From the sequence record SRR20825010_1048: DNA of 42,464 nucleotides, one strand, 5' to 3'. The notes beneath the pieces were generated by a model. The model saw nothing but the letters and a program-made list of their open reading frames with translations. It ran no database searches and had not been told where the DNA came from. Below, one piece after another: positions 8,480 through 17,548 of this stretch; positions within the stretch are counted from its first letter, which is position 1, and each line of letters opens with the position of its first letter. A program made the translations under genes and the position numbers.

Positions 8480-10600
8480 TTACCAGTCGACCCCATAAGT
8501 CACCATGACCGAGCGGCCCGGTGCAGCGGTGTACTGGGTGTCGAAATTATAGATCTGCGAGATCACCGGGAAGTAGTCTTCATTCAGCAGATTGTTGATG
8601 GCCAGGGTGATATCCCCGTTGCCGGTCCGCCAGGTGCTGGTCAGATCCAGAACCGTGAAGGACTCCACCTCGCCCTGGCCAAAACCGCTACCGCTAAAGC
8701 GGTCGCGATCACCCACGACCATGGCCTGCAGGCGATTGCTCCAGCGCGCAGTAGTATCGTGTTCCACATAGCCAGTGAGCTTGAGTGGTGAAATCCGGTT
8801 GCCGGCAAGATAGGTGTCGTAGCTGCCGTCATCGTCAGAATCGACTTTGCCTTCCATCCAGGTAAAGGTGCCGCCGGCACTCAGGTCGCGGGTGGGATAG
8901 GTGTTGAGCTCTGCCTCGAAACCGTAGATACGTTCAGGGCTGCGCAGCACGGGAATGGGCTCGTTGGCGTTGGCTGCCGCGAGGCTGGTTCCCAGTTCCG
9001 ACTCACTGTAGAACAGCGTCAGTGCAAGATCGGCGCGGTCCCAGACGGCCTCGGTGCCAACTTCGTAGTTGTCGACCACCTGTGGTTCAGGGCGGATCTG
9101 ATCCAGCGATGTGCCCTGTTGGGGCTGGCGCAGGGTGCGGCCAATCTCCGGCACCGTAAAGCCCTGGGAGAAGCTGGCGGTTGCTGCCCAGACATCGTTC
9201 ACCTGGTATCGGGCACCGGTATTGAAGACCGTTTCGCTGTACTCCAGCTCACCGCCTTCGACGTCTGCACCAAACACCGTGGTGTAGTCGTCCACCTCGA
9301 ACCAGAATTTCTCGTAGCGGACGCCGGCATTAACGGTCCACTTGGGATTCAGCCGAAGTTCCGCCTGCAGGAACGGCGCCACACTGTTCTGGTCCATTTC
9401 AGGTACGAACGTCCGCCCGTCTTCCAGGGGCTGGGCCGTGGTTTCCATCAGGGTGTCCAGGCCCCAGAGCAACTTGGCGCCAGACATGACGTCAAACGGC
9501 GTTTCAAAGTCCAGACGGGAGCCAATGCGCTCCGATTCGGTCAGCGACTGTCCACCGCCGGGATAGAAGGTGGCGAAGTACCCGAATCGGGTCATGTAGT
9601 CGCGATAATACAGCTGCGCACCCAGTGAGGTATTGCCGAACAGTTGCTGGTCGCTGTAGGTCAGGTTCACGTTCAGGTTTTCAGTGCCCTGATCCTCGCC
9701 GCCCGGGTCGCCTTTGACGGCGCGGGTTTTCTGCTCGCCGTACACGCCCGCTTCAAGGACGTAATTGGTGTCCTGCTTGATGTCGTAGTAGCTGGTGGTC
9801 AGTTCCAGGCGCTTGTCGGCGTCCAGGTCGAAGCCGAGCTTTGCCAGCACGTCGAACTCGCGTGAGTCGGCAATGCCACCCTGGCCGTTCGGGTCCGGCG
9901 GGATGCGGTCGCCATCGGCATCGAAGACATTAGCGCGTTTTTCGTAGGAGCCTCGGAGCTGGTAGTCAAAGGCTCCTGAGCCACCGGTCACGCTCTGGGA
10001 TAGCCCGAATTGTTCGCTGTCCTTGATGTGCTCGGTCGAGAAACCACCATTCAGTTCGGTGCGGTATAAGGGGGCGCCTTTCTCGTTCTTGCGGGTGATG
10101 ATGTTGATGATGCCGCCGGTACCGCCAAAGCCGTACACACCATTGGAGCCCCGGATTACTTCGATGCGCTCGATCGATGACGGGTCAATGGAGTTCAGGG
10201 AGTGAAGCCCGTCGCGCAGGCTGATGGTCTGGGGGATGCCGTCAATCAGTACGAACAGGTTTCGGCCACGCAGCGTCTGCGCCACACTGGTTAAACCGTG
10301 GGTAGAGGGCGACAGGCCTGGAACGGTTTTGGCCAGAATATCGCCCACGTTGCCACCCAATGAGGACTGTTTGTCGATGGCGTCGCGGTCAACCACGGTG
10401 ACCGCACCGGGGTTAACGTTGAGGGAGTCGAGACCGCGAGTGGCGGTTACTTCAAGTGTATCAAGAGATTTTGGTGCCTGATCGGTGCCTTCCTGAGCAG
10501 TTGCGGTTGTGGCGCATCCAAGCGCGAAGATCAGGGAATAGCGAAGAGGGTTGGGTTGTTTGAACATGGTTCTCGGCACCTGATGGTTGTTTTTCGTCAC
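8480..10600 (-). CDS. Second TonB-dependent ferric-siderophore receptor (IutA/RhtA-like)
   Basis: DTLEVTATR, LIDGIPQ...ERIEVIRG...GGIINIIT, NLLNEDY...GRSVMVTYGVDW. Alternative start ATG 10567. Confidence 0.92.
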   Translation of the reverse strand: MTKNNHQVPRTMFKQPNPLRYSLIFALGCATTATAQEGTDQAPKSLDTLEVTATRGLDSLNVNPGAVTVVDRDAIDKQSSLGGNVGDILAKTVPGLSPSTHGLTSVAQTLRGRNLFVLIDGIPQTISLRDGLHSLNSIDPSSIERIEVIRGSNGVYGFGGTGGIINIITRKNEKGAPLYRTELNGGFSTEHIKDSEQFGLSQSVTGGSGAFDYQLRGSYEKRANVFDADGDRIPPDPNGQGGIADSREFDVLAKLGFDLDADKRLELTTSYYDIKQDTNYVLEAGVYGEQKTRAVKGDPGGEDQGTENLNVNLTYSDQQLFGNTSLGAQLYYRDYMTRFGYFATFYPGGGQSLTESERIGSRLDFETPFDVMSGAKLLWGLDTLMETTAQPLEDGRTFVPEMDQNSVAPFLQAELRLNPKWTVNAGVRYEKFWFEVDDYTTVFGADVEGGELEYSETVFNTGARYQVNDVWAATASFSQGFTVPEIGRTLRQPQQGTSLDQIRPEPQVVDNYEVGTEAVWDRADLALTLFYSESELGTSLAAANANEPIPVLRSPERIYGFEAELNTYPTRDLSAGGTFTWMEGKVDSDDDGSYDTYLAGNRISPLKLTGYVEHDTTARWSNRLQAMVVGDRDRFSGSGFGQGEVESFTVLDLTSTWRTGNGDITLAINNLLNEDYFPVISQIYNFDTQYTAAPGRSVMVTYGVDW

Positions 10601-10618
10601 GATGCGGAAACTAAACTA

Positions 10619-10637
10619 AATGTAATCGATTATCAAT
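10619..10637. promoter_or_regulatory. Fur box upstream of second receptor
   Basis: AATGTAATCGATTATCAAT (reverse ATTGATAATCGATTACATT). Confidence 0.7.
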
Positions 10638-10648
10638 ACTAATTGCAT

Positions 10649-10674
10649 TGTAACAATGGCCGGCTTTTCGTGTC
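10649..10674 (+). promoter_or_regulatory. Putative ECF sigma promoter for DUF547 gene
   Basis: TGTAAC-N16-TGTC, the same geometry as five other copies in the cluster. Confidence 0.65.
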
Positions 10675-10737
10675 GGTGAAAGAGCAAAGTCGATGAACCT
10701 GTAGACCTGTGGAACCTGTAGATCTTTGGAGAGTGAT

Positions 10738-11580
10738 GTGAACAAACCTGGACGATTGATAGGCCTGATGATGTTCGCCGTCATTATGCCGGTGACCGCT
10801 GCCGCCGCTGAAGCAACGTTTGACCCGTTTCAGCGTCTGCTAACACAACACCTAGCAGAGTCGACAACGACCGACGGTGGCCTGGTTTCTGCATTTGACT
10901 ATGAGGCGGCCCTGGCCTCATCGCAGACCGACGGCCTGCTGGCGGATCAGCGTGACCGTCTTGCAGATTTCGATCCCGGCACCCTCGATGGCGAGGCTGA
11001 ATCCGTCGCCTTCTGGCTCAACGCCTATAATTTCTTCATGATCGACCAGATCCTGACTGAGCGACCGGACGGAGAACTCGTCGACTCGGTCTGGGACTAC
11101 GGCGGTCGCGTTAATCCCTTTGTGGACAGTGTTTTTGATCGGGAAAAATTTGAGATAGGCGGACAGGAATACAGCCTGAACCAGATGGAGAAAGATATCC
11201 TTCTTGGGGAGGAATACGCAGATAAAGGGTGGAAAGACGCGCGGGTACACTTCGCGGTGAATTGTGCGTCCGTTGGCTGCCCGCCATTGCGGGAGACTGT
11301 CTACACGGCTGACAATCTGGAAAACCTGCTGGCAGAGAATACCCGGCGTGCGTTCAATACGGATCGGCATCTGAGGATAGATACTGATACAGCGTATGTC
11401 ACCGAACTGTTCAAGTGGTACGCGACGGATTTCGAAGAGGCATCGGGAACACCAAAGGCGTTTATCAGGGCCTGGGCGGATGCGTCAGTGGCGAGTCGCG
11501 TCGCGCAAACGTCTGCGATGGAGTACATCGATTACGACTGGGCGCTTAACAAGCCCGACAATTTTTCTGAATTCCGATAA
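10738..11580 (+). CDS. Exported DUF547 domain protein
   Basis: Signal peptide; AFWLNAYN, YSLNQME, DARVHFAVNCASVGCPPL, YDWALN. GTG start follows GGAGAG. Confidence 0.88.
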   Translation: MNKPGRLIGLMMFAVIMPVTAAAAEATFDPFQRLLTQHLAESTTTDGGLVSAFDYEAALASSQTDGLLADQRDRLADFDPGTLDGEAESVAFWLNAYNFFMIDQILTERPDGELVDSVWDYGGRVNPFVDSVFDREKFEIGGQEYSLNQMEKDILLGEEYADKGWKDARVHFAVNCASVGCPPLRETVYTADNLENLLAENTRRAFNTDRHLRIDTDTAYVTELFKWYATDFEEASGTPKAFIRAWADASVASRVAQTSAMEYIDYDWALNKPDNFSEFR

Positions 11581-11609
11581 TCGGTGTTGGTCGGCCCGAC
11601 GACCGCCGT

Positions 11610-12356
11610 TCATACCGGATTGGTGGCCAGGATTTTCTTCAGAAAGTCCTTGGTTCGTGGGTCCTTGGGATTATGGAAAATCTCACTGGGAGGCCCCTGC
11701 TCCACGATTCGACCTCCGTCGATAAAGATCACACGGTCGGCCACGTCCCGCGCGAAGGACATTTCGTGGGTAACCACCATCATGGTCTGGCGTTCCGAGG
11801 CCAACTGTTTCATCAGCCCCAGCACTTCTTCCACCCACTCGGGGTCGAGTGACGAGGTGGGCTCGTCAAACAGGATGACTTCCGCGCCCGTCGCCATGGC
11901 ACGGCCGATACCGACCCGCTGTTGCTGTCCGCCGGACATGGACGCCGGATAGGCATCTGCCTTGTCGGCGAGGCCGATCCGATCAAGTATCTCCCGTGCG
12001 CGCTGGTAGGCTTTTTCTTTCGGCCAGCGATCCACCACGAGCAACCGTTCCGCGATGTTCTGCAACGCGGTCTTGTTGGAGAACAGGGCATAGTTCTGGA
12101 AAACGAACGCGGTTCGCCGGCGCATGGAGAGAATGTCCGCGCGGCTGGCGCGGTTCACGTCCACGGTCAGATCACCCACGGTCATGGTGCCTTTGGTGGG
12201 TTGTTCCAGAAAGTTGACGCAGCGCAACAGGGTGGATTTTCCGGTCCCTGAGGGACCGATGATCACCACGATCTCACCTTCTTCGATGGCGAGATCGATG
12301 CCGTCGAGAACCACGGCCTTGCCAAAATGTTTGCTCAGTGATTCCAGTTTGATCAT
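11610..12356 (-). CDS. Polar amino acid ABC transporter ATPase
   Basis: [43 protein letters not shown]. Confidence 0.93.
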   Translation of the reverse strand: MIKLESLSKHFGKAVVLDGIDLAIEEGEIVVIIGPSGTGKSTLLRCVNFLEQPTKGTMTVGDLTVDVNRASRADILSMRRRTAFVFQNYALFSNKTALQNIAERLLVVDRWPKEKAYQRAREILDRIGLADKADAYPASMSGGQQQRVGIGRAMATGAEVILFDEPTSSLDPEWVEEVLGLMKQLASERQTMMVVTHEMSFARDVADRVIFIDGGRIVEQGPPSEIFHNPKDPRTKDFLKKILATNPV

Positions 12357-13027
12357 CGGCTGTAGGCCTTGTTCAGACGGATTTCCAGGTAGTGCTGAAG
12401 CTTGGAGAGCATCTCAACGACGATCCAGTACATGATGGCGGCAACAATGAAGGCCTCGAAGTACAGGAAACTGCCGGCGGCCTCTTTCTGGGTGGCACCC
12501 ATCAGCTCGGTAACCCCCAGGGTAAATGCCAGGGAGGTGGCCTTGATCATGTCGATGAAGTAGTTCATCAGCGTGGGCAGTGCCACACGTGTGGCCTGGG
12601 GCAACACTATCCGTCGCATCAGCTGGCCGTTGGTCATGCCGATCGACAGGGCGGCTTCGGTCTGGCTGCGGTCCACACCCACGATGGCGGCACGTATCGA
12701 TTCCGCCATGTACGCCGAAAAATGCATGGTCAGGCCCATGATGGTCGCCGTAACGCCGTCTATGACCGTCAATGCACTGACCAGTTGCGGCAGCCCGTAA
12801 TAGAACAGGAACAACTGCACCAGCAGCGGAGTGCCCCGGAAAAAGGAAATGAACACGATGGTCAGCTGATTGAGCACCGGGATGCGCAGCACCCGGACGA
12901 CGGCGAACAGGCAGGCAAGGATCAGCGCCAGCACCATCCCGACGCCGGCCAGTTGCAGGGTGAGGGGCAGGTACCCGAGCAACACAGGTACCAGCCCAAG
13001 CATGTATTCGACGTTCAACACGTCCAT
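12353..13027 (-). CDS. Polar amino acid ABC permease
   Basis: [12 protein letters not shown] and EAA loop [11 protein letters not shown]. Confidence 0.93.
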   Translation of the reverse strand: MDVLNVEYMLGLVPVLLGYLPLTLQLAGVGMVLALILACLFAVVRVLRIPVLNQLTIVFISFFRGTPLLVQLFLFYYGLPQLVSALTVIDGVTATIMGLTMHFSAYMAESIRAAIVGVDRSQTEAALSIGMTNGQLMRRIVLPQATRVALPTLMNYFIDMIKATSLAFTLGVTELMGATQKEAAGSFLYFEAFIVAAIMYWIVVEMLSKLQHYLEIRLNKAYSR

Positions 13028-13053
13028 AGCGAGTCAGGCCTTGGTGGCGCCCC

Positions 13054-13809
13054 TCAGGGCTGGGTGATGTCGGTGCCGAACCACTTCTCTGAAATGGAGG
13101 CCAGGGTTCCGTTGTCACGCAGGGCTGCCAGGGCCGCGTTTACTTCATCACGCAACGCTCGTCCGGCGTCCGTGTCGCGAAACGGGTAGGCGTTGGTGAT
13201 CTGGGAGAACGTTGGGCCGGCGAGCTCCAGCGGCAGTGGCTTCTCCTTGATGATCTGGCTGGCACTGACCCGGTCCATAACGAAGGCGTCCACGCGACCC
13301 AGAGCGGTATCACGCTCCAGATTGCTCTCATAGGTTTTGATGTTGATTTGGTCTGCATAGGGCAGTTCCCGCAACAGGGCCTCGAAGTTGGAGCCCAGAT
13401 TCACCGCGACGGTTTTACCCTTCAGATCTTCCACACCCTCGACCTCGGTGTTGCCTTCCTTGGTCACTACCTGAGCACCGTCATAGACATACGGTTCGCT
13501 GAAAATGTAGGCCTTCTGGCGTTCCTCGGTGATGGTGATCTGGTTGGCAACGGTGTCGATGCGCCCGGATTCCAACATGCCAAACAGGCCTGAGAAGTTG
13601 GCGGTCTGGTACTGGATTTCACGCCCCATTTCCTTGCCAATTGCGTTCATGACATCAACTTCAAACCCTTTGAGGGTATCCTGCTCCACAAAGGTAAACG
13701 GGAAATACTGGCCGGACATTCCGACTCTCAAGGGGTCTCCCTGGGCAAGAGCCGGAGCACTTACCATCATGGATACGATGATCAACGAATGAATCAATAG
13801 TGTTTTCAT
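13054..13809 (-). CDS. Amino acid ABC substrate-binding protein (YxeM/TcyA-like, probably a sulfur amino acid)
   Basis: Signal peptide; YFPF...GFEVDV, FSGLFGMLESGRIDTVANQITITEER, ISEKWFGTDIT. The substrate is an inference. Confidence 0.88.
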   Translation of the reverse strand: MKTLLIHSLIIVSMMVSAPALAQGDPLRVGMSGQYFPFTFVEQDTLKGFEVDVMNAIGKEMGREIQYQTANFSGLFGMLESGRIDTVANQITITEERQKAYIFSEPYVYDGAQVVTKEGNTEVEGVEDLKGKTVAVNLGSNFEALLRELPYADQINIKTYESNLERDTALGRVDAFVMDRVSASQIIKEKPLPLELAGPTFSQITNAYPFRDTDAGRALRDEVNAALAALRDNGTLASISEKWFGTDITQP

Positions 13810-13868
13810 AGAACCTCCTTCCAGAGTTTGTCGCCTTCACGGCCCACGTTGGGACGAGCATGGAGTTA

Positions 13869-15206
13869 TCATACGCGCCCTTGGCGTTTATTGAGAGTCG
13901 CGGTAGCCGCGACGATGCTCTTTTCGATCACCCACAACCGATCCTGCCCCCAACAGCTGACCTCCCCGTAACGGAAGCTGGGAACGCCCCATAGCCCGCA
14001 GTCATACATGGCTTTGCGGTTGTCCTCCGCCCACTCACGCCAGCTTTGATCGTTCAATAAAGCCTTGGCTTTCTGCCAGTTCAGGCCGGCTCGTTCAACG
14101 ATTACCTTCAGACCGGCATCGGTTTCGGAGCGGATGCCTTCGGCATTGACGGCCCTGGCGTAGGCCAGCATGTAGTCGGTCTCGCGACCGAGTGAGCGGG
14201 CGTATTCGAACAAGGCATAGCATCGTTCCACGCCCGGCCCCAAAGGATCGGCGACGAAACCATACGGAATGCCCAGCTTGTTGGCCTCCCTTTTGGTGTC
14301 GTGGAAGATGTACCACTTTTTGGCATCCGGTACCGACTGCCCGCGCATCAACATGGGCAGAACCGGTCTCAGTTGAAGAGGAATATTCCACGCATCGGCC
14401 AACTGGATTGCTCGCTCCAGGCCCAGATAGGAGTATGGGCTGCGGATGGAGAAGAAGACCTCAAGGGTGGTGTCGGTCGCTCGGTGGCTTTCAGTCGGGC
14501 TGGGGCCGCTACTCATCAATTCGGACCATGTGCGCGTGAAAAGGACCGCATCGGGGGCGTCCCGGTTCAGTCCTTGTTCGTTCAGACACCGCTCAAGATG
14601 ATCCAGGCGGTCCACGCCCCAGAACCATTCACCGAGGTACCAGGTCATGCTGCCTTGATAGTGTCCGAGTCGCCGGAGCAATCGTTCATTCGCGGATAGC
14701 CTTGCCTGGTCATACCTTGCGGGCGCAGCGTCTGGTTGTTGGCCGGTATCTGAATGCCACAGCTCTTTTAGCACATGCACGGCAGTTATCAGTCCTTCCT
14801 CAGTCTCTTCGGCATCAAGCAGACGGGCCGTGGCAGACATCAGTTCGGTCTCGGAGGGCGCCGTCGGCCGGTCTGGAGGCGTGAAGCCGTATAGTTGTGC
14901 GAGCCTTGTGGCGTCCTGTTGCGCCCAGGTGCGCCAGAGAGCCGGCTCGGGGTACATGTTGTCGTCCAGTTGCCAGACCGTATGGAGCCGGAAACGCACG
15001 CGAAAGCGTTCCTGCAATTGGGTAAGGGCTTGCAGCAGGGGGAGTCCAAATGGATCACGGGGATTCACGAACACCAGGACAAGATCGCTCTCCCCCCGTG
15101 CCTTTGCCCGAATGCTGTGAAGGGATCGTTGCAGGGAGACTCGGGGCGCACTGGAAAGGGCACGGGCGAGCCAGGGCATAACATCGGCTTTGACCGGACG
15201 GCGCAT
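13869..15206 (-). CDS. Tandem DsbA-like / 2-hydroxychromene-2-carboxylate isomerase (GST-kappa) family protein
   Basis: The C-terminal domain has FSIRSPYSY...GLWGVPSF...WGQDRL. The N-terminal degenerate copy has NPRDPFG...WFWGVDRL. Confidence 0.8.
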   Translation of the reverse strand: MRRPVKADVMPWLARALSSAPRVSLQRSLHSIRAKARGESDLVLVFVNPRDPFGLPLLQALTQLQERFRVRFRLHTVWQLDDNMYPEPALWRTWAQQDATRLAQLYGFTPPDRPTAPSETELMSATARLLDAEETEEGLITAVHVLKELWHSDTGQQPDAAPARYDQARLSANERLLRRLGHYQGSMTWYLGEWFWGVDRLDHLERCLNEQGLNRDAPDAVLFTRTWSELMSSGPSPTESHRATDTTLEVFFSIRSPYSYLGLERAIQLADAWNIPLQLRPVLPMLMRGQSVPDAKKWYIFHDTKREANKLGIPYGFVADPLGPGVERCYALFEYARSLGRETDYMLAYARAVNAEGIRSETDAGLKVIVERAGLNWQKAKALLNDQSWREWAEDNRKAMYDCGLWGVPSFRYGEVSCWGQDRLWVIEKSIVAATATLNKRQGRV

Positions 15207-15224
15207 AAGGTCGTCTCTATGTTG

Positions 15225-15896
15225 TTATTGGTTGAGTTGAAGCCAGCGCGCCAGCTGCGAGCCGGGGTGTCGGCTGATGGACCACGGCAACCATACCATC
15301 ACCGCCAGGATAACCGCGCCTGCGGCGACGGTAAGTACCGGATTCAACGTGAACGTGTTCCCCAGGCCTGCAAACACCACCGTCATTGGCAGCATGCCAA
15401 CGAAGGTGGCAATGGCGAAGCGCCAGGCGCGTATGGCAGTGACGCCGGCGGCGTAACTGATCAGGGCGAACGAGAAAACGGGTATCAGCCGGGTCAGCAG
15501 GATGGCAATGGTGAGAAAGCGTTGCGAGCCATCCCGTGCAAGCACAGGGTTGTCCGGAAAACGTTTGCAGATCACCTCGCGTCCGAGGCAACGGGCAACC
15601 CAGAACGCCGCCATGGCGCCCAGCAGGGCACCGGTTGCTGCAATGGCGGTTCCCTCAAGCACACCAAACGCCAGACCTGCGGTTGCACTGACCGGAAGCG
15701 TGGGAATCGGGCCTATCACAACCGCCATCGTCATCAGCAGCATCAGCAACAGTGGGCCGGCAGCCCCCTGGCTTTTCAGCCATTGTGCAAGGGTCTCCGG
15801 AGACAGGTCCGCGGGTATTCCCAATATCTGCAGCAGCCACCAGGCACCTGCCAGGGCAGCCATTACCACAACAACGATGGCGATTCTCAGTGTCAT
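15225..15896 (-). CDS. TVP38/TMEM64 (DedA superfamily) membrane protein
   Basis: GPIPTLPVSATAGLAFG, RLIPVFSFALISYAAG, ATFVGMLP. ATGA overlap with the upstream gene. Confidence 0.88.
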   Translation of the reverse strand: MTLRIAIVVVVMAALAGAWWLLQILGIPADLSPETLAQWLKSQGAAGPLLLMLLMTMAVVIGPIPTLPVSATAGLAFGVLEGTAIAATGALLGAMAAFWVARCLGREVICKRFPDNPVLARDGSQRFLTIAILLTRLIPVFSFALISYAAGVTAIRAWRFAIATFVGMLPMTVVFAGLGNTFTLNPVLTVAAGAVILAVMVWLPWSISRHPGSQLARWLQLNQ

Positions 15897-16645
15897 TCCG
15901 CCCACCGGAACCCCCGGTAATCAAACCCTTGTTCCAGTGTGGGTTTAACGACGTCGAAATAGGGGGAGGCGTCGAAATCCCGGGGCGCAAATAGAGAATG
16001 GTGGCGAATCCGGAAGTACTCGCGTTTTTGCGCGGCGCAAGCCGGATCACCTTCTGATTCGGACAGGCTTACGGGCAGTATCGGGTAACGGAGGGCCTGG
16101 AATCCCTCGGCGATGAATGTGGAGCAGATCGCCCGCGTGGGATCACCGCTGCCAAGGGCCAGAAGCGAACGTCGGTAACGAGACGGTACCGGTGGCGTCG
16201 GGCACAGGTAGCGTGCCAGATCCCAGACGTTTTTCAGGTCGTACTGGTGGCCGAGCCGGCTTTTCGAGTAATCCACAAGCTTGTCGATATCATTGTCAGT
16301 GAGTCCGACCGGGCGACAGATGCGGGTATGGGTGTTGCGGTATGCCGACAACGAAAGCGGGCGAATACCTTCCTCAAGATCCGCCTCGATCAGTACATGT
16401 GGCTCGCCATTGCCGGCGGCGCCAAGGCCCGCGTTCGGTCCCAGGTAAAGGGCGGCGTGCGACCAGGTTGACTGAGTCAGGTACTTGATGGCCACACTGA
16501 TTCGCGTATTTCCCTCCACCAGTAAGACGTCGCCGGGCTGAAGAGTTTTTTCCAGGGCCTCCCAGGCGGAGGTGCGCACCGAGTGTTGGGTGACCTGCTT
16601 TGAAAGGTAGGTGCTCAGGCGCCGTGACAGCCAGTTCAGTAGCAT
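15893..16645 (-). CDS. YiiX/YebB-like permuted NlpC/P60 cysteine hydrolase
   Basis: LQPGDVLL, WSHAALY (His), GHQYD, AICSTFIA (Cys). ATG 16645 has a GGAG RBS. Confidence 0.85.
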   Translation of the reverse strand: MLLNWLSRRLSTYLSKQVTQHSVRTSAWEALEKTLQPGDVLLVEGNTRISVAIKYLTQSTWSHAALYLGPNAGLGAAGNGEPHVLIEADLEEGIRPLSLSAYRNTHTRICRPVGLTDNDIDKLVDYSKSRLGHQYDLKNVWDLARYLCPTPPVPSRYRRSLLALGSGDPTRAICSTFIAEGFQALRYPILPVSLSESEGDPACAAQKREYFRIRHHSLFAPRDFDASPYFDVVKPTLEQGFDYRGFRWAE

Positions 16646-16684
16646 CGGTACTCCGGTTGTTGGCGGTAGGTTGATAGCAACAAG

Positions 16685-16710
16685 GACAAACAACCGGACT
16701 GACTGTTACA
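16685..16710 (-). promoter_or_regulatory. Putative ECF promoter for the YiiX-TVP38-DsbA(-ABC) unit
   Basis: Minus strand TGTAAC-N16-TGTC. Confidence 0.65.
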
Positions 16711-16726
16711 ACGCCCTGGCGCCGTT

Positions 16727-17137
16727 TTACGCAGCAGTGGGAGCCGGTTGCCTCGAAAGCGTAAGCGTATCGTAATCACGAAGCAGATACAGCGCCGCGC
16801 ATGCGGCGAGCATGGGCCAGGCCGCAAAGAACAGGAGGTTATCGAAAGGCTGCAGGTATTTCGCGAATGAGGACAGGGTGGAAGCACCGTGGAAGATCAG
16901 GAGTGCGCCGTAAGTCCAGGTTTTCAGAAGGCCAGCAACAAACATCAGTATCAGCACAAGTTGTGCGATGCCAATGAGGTAGACGGCTGTCTCGCCAAGG
17001 CCATCGAGCCCGTAGAATGAATCGAAAACCTTGATGGCGTGCTCGGGCTGAACCAGTTTATCCAGGGTCCAGACCAGAAAAACCACGAAAACACCAAGTC
17101 GAAGTAACAGCAGGGCAAGGGGTAACTGCTTGGGCAT
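16727..17137 (-). CDS. DoxX-like small membrane protein
   Basis: LLLLRLGVFVVFLVWTLDKLVQPEH; four hydrophobic segments; AAGGAG RBS. Confidence 0.75.
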   Translation of the reverse strand: MPKQLPLALLLLRLGVFVVFLVWTLDKLVQPEHAIKVFDSFYGLDGLGETAVYLIGIAQLVLILMFVAGLLKTWTYGALLIFHGASTLSSFAKYLQPFDNLLFFAAWPMLAACAALYLLRDYDTLTLSRQPAPTAA

Positions 17138-17175
17138 TCCATATCTCCTTTCGAATTTTGAATGATCGTTCCAGA

Positions 17176-17201
17176 GACAGAGCGGTGGTGTGGGAGTTCC
17201 A
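17176..17201 (-). promoter_or_regulatory. Putative ECF promoter for DoxX gene
   Basis: Minus strand TGGAAC-N16-TGTC(TC). Confidence 0.55.
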
Positions 17202-17237
17202 TTGGCAAGCGAAAAGAGTGGTTCTGTCAGAGCCTGG

Positions 17238-17263
17238 TGTAACGTCCGGAAGGGGCGGGTGTC
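17238..17263 (+). promoter_or_regulatory. Putative ECF promoter oriented antisense to the anti-sigma gene
   Basis: TGTAAC-N16-TGTC on the + strand, about 20 bp before the anti-sigma 3' end. Confidence 0.45.
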
Positions 17264-17284
17264 GTTAAACGAAAGCGAAGAGCA

Positions 17285-17548
17285 TCACGGGTCCGACGTG
17301 TCGTTTCCGGAGCGCCGAGCGTTGAGCGACTCACTGACACGTTCGTCAATCCGGCGTACCAGATCTTCGTCCAGCTGCTGGCTCGAGTGGGCGTTCATAA
17401 GCTCTATGCTGGCCCGCAGGCTGCCAATGAAGCTACGACATCGACCGCACATCAGCAGGTGCATTTTCACAGACATTACTTTCCCGGTACCCAATTCACC
17501 GTCAATGTAATCACTGGCGATGCGAGCCAAGTCTCGGCACATTAACAT
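17285..17548 (-). CDS. Soluble zf-HC2 (ZAS) anti-sigma factor
   Basis: 87 aa, C...SDYIDGEL...HLLMCGRC (HxxxCxxC), no transmembrane segment. Overlaps the ECF sigma stop. Confidence 0.9.
   Translation of the reverse strand: MLMCRDLARIASDYIDGELGTGKVMSVKMHLLMCGRCRSFIGSLRASIELMNAHSSQQLDEDLVRRIDERVSESLNARRSGNDTSDP

Noticed and set aside
10695-10722. Direct repeat GAACCTGTAGA x2 as a CRISPR remnant or sigmaE promoter
   Set aside because: Only two 11-bp copies 17 bp apart, no cas genes and no matching -10. Probably a local duplication.
14895-15920. 341-aa + strand ORF
   Set aside because: Antisense shadow of the TVP38 and DsbA genes with no recognisable motifs.
17190-17510. 106-aa + strand ORF as target of the 17238 promoter
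   Set aside because: It starts upstream of the motif, is antisense to the anti-sigma gene and has low-information sequence.
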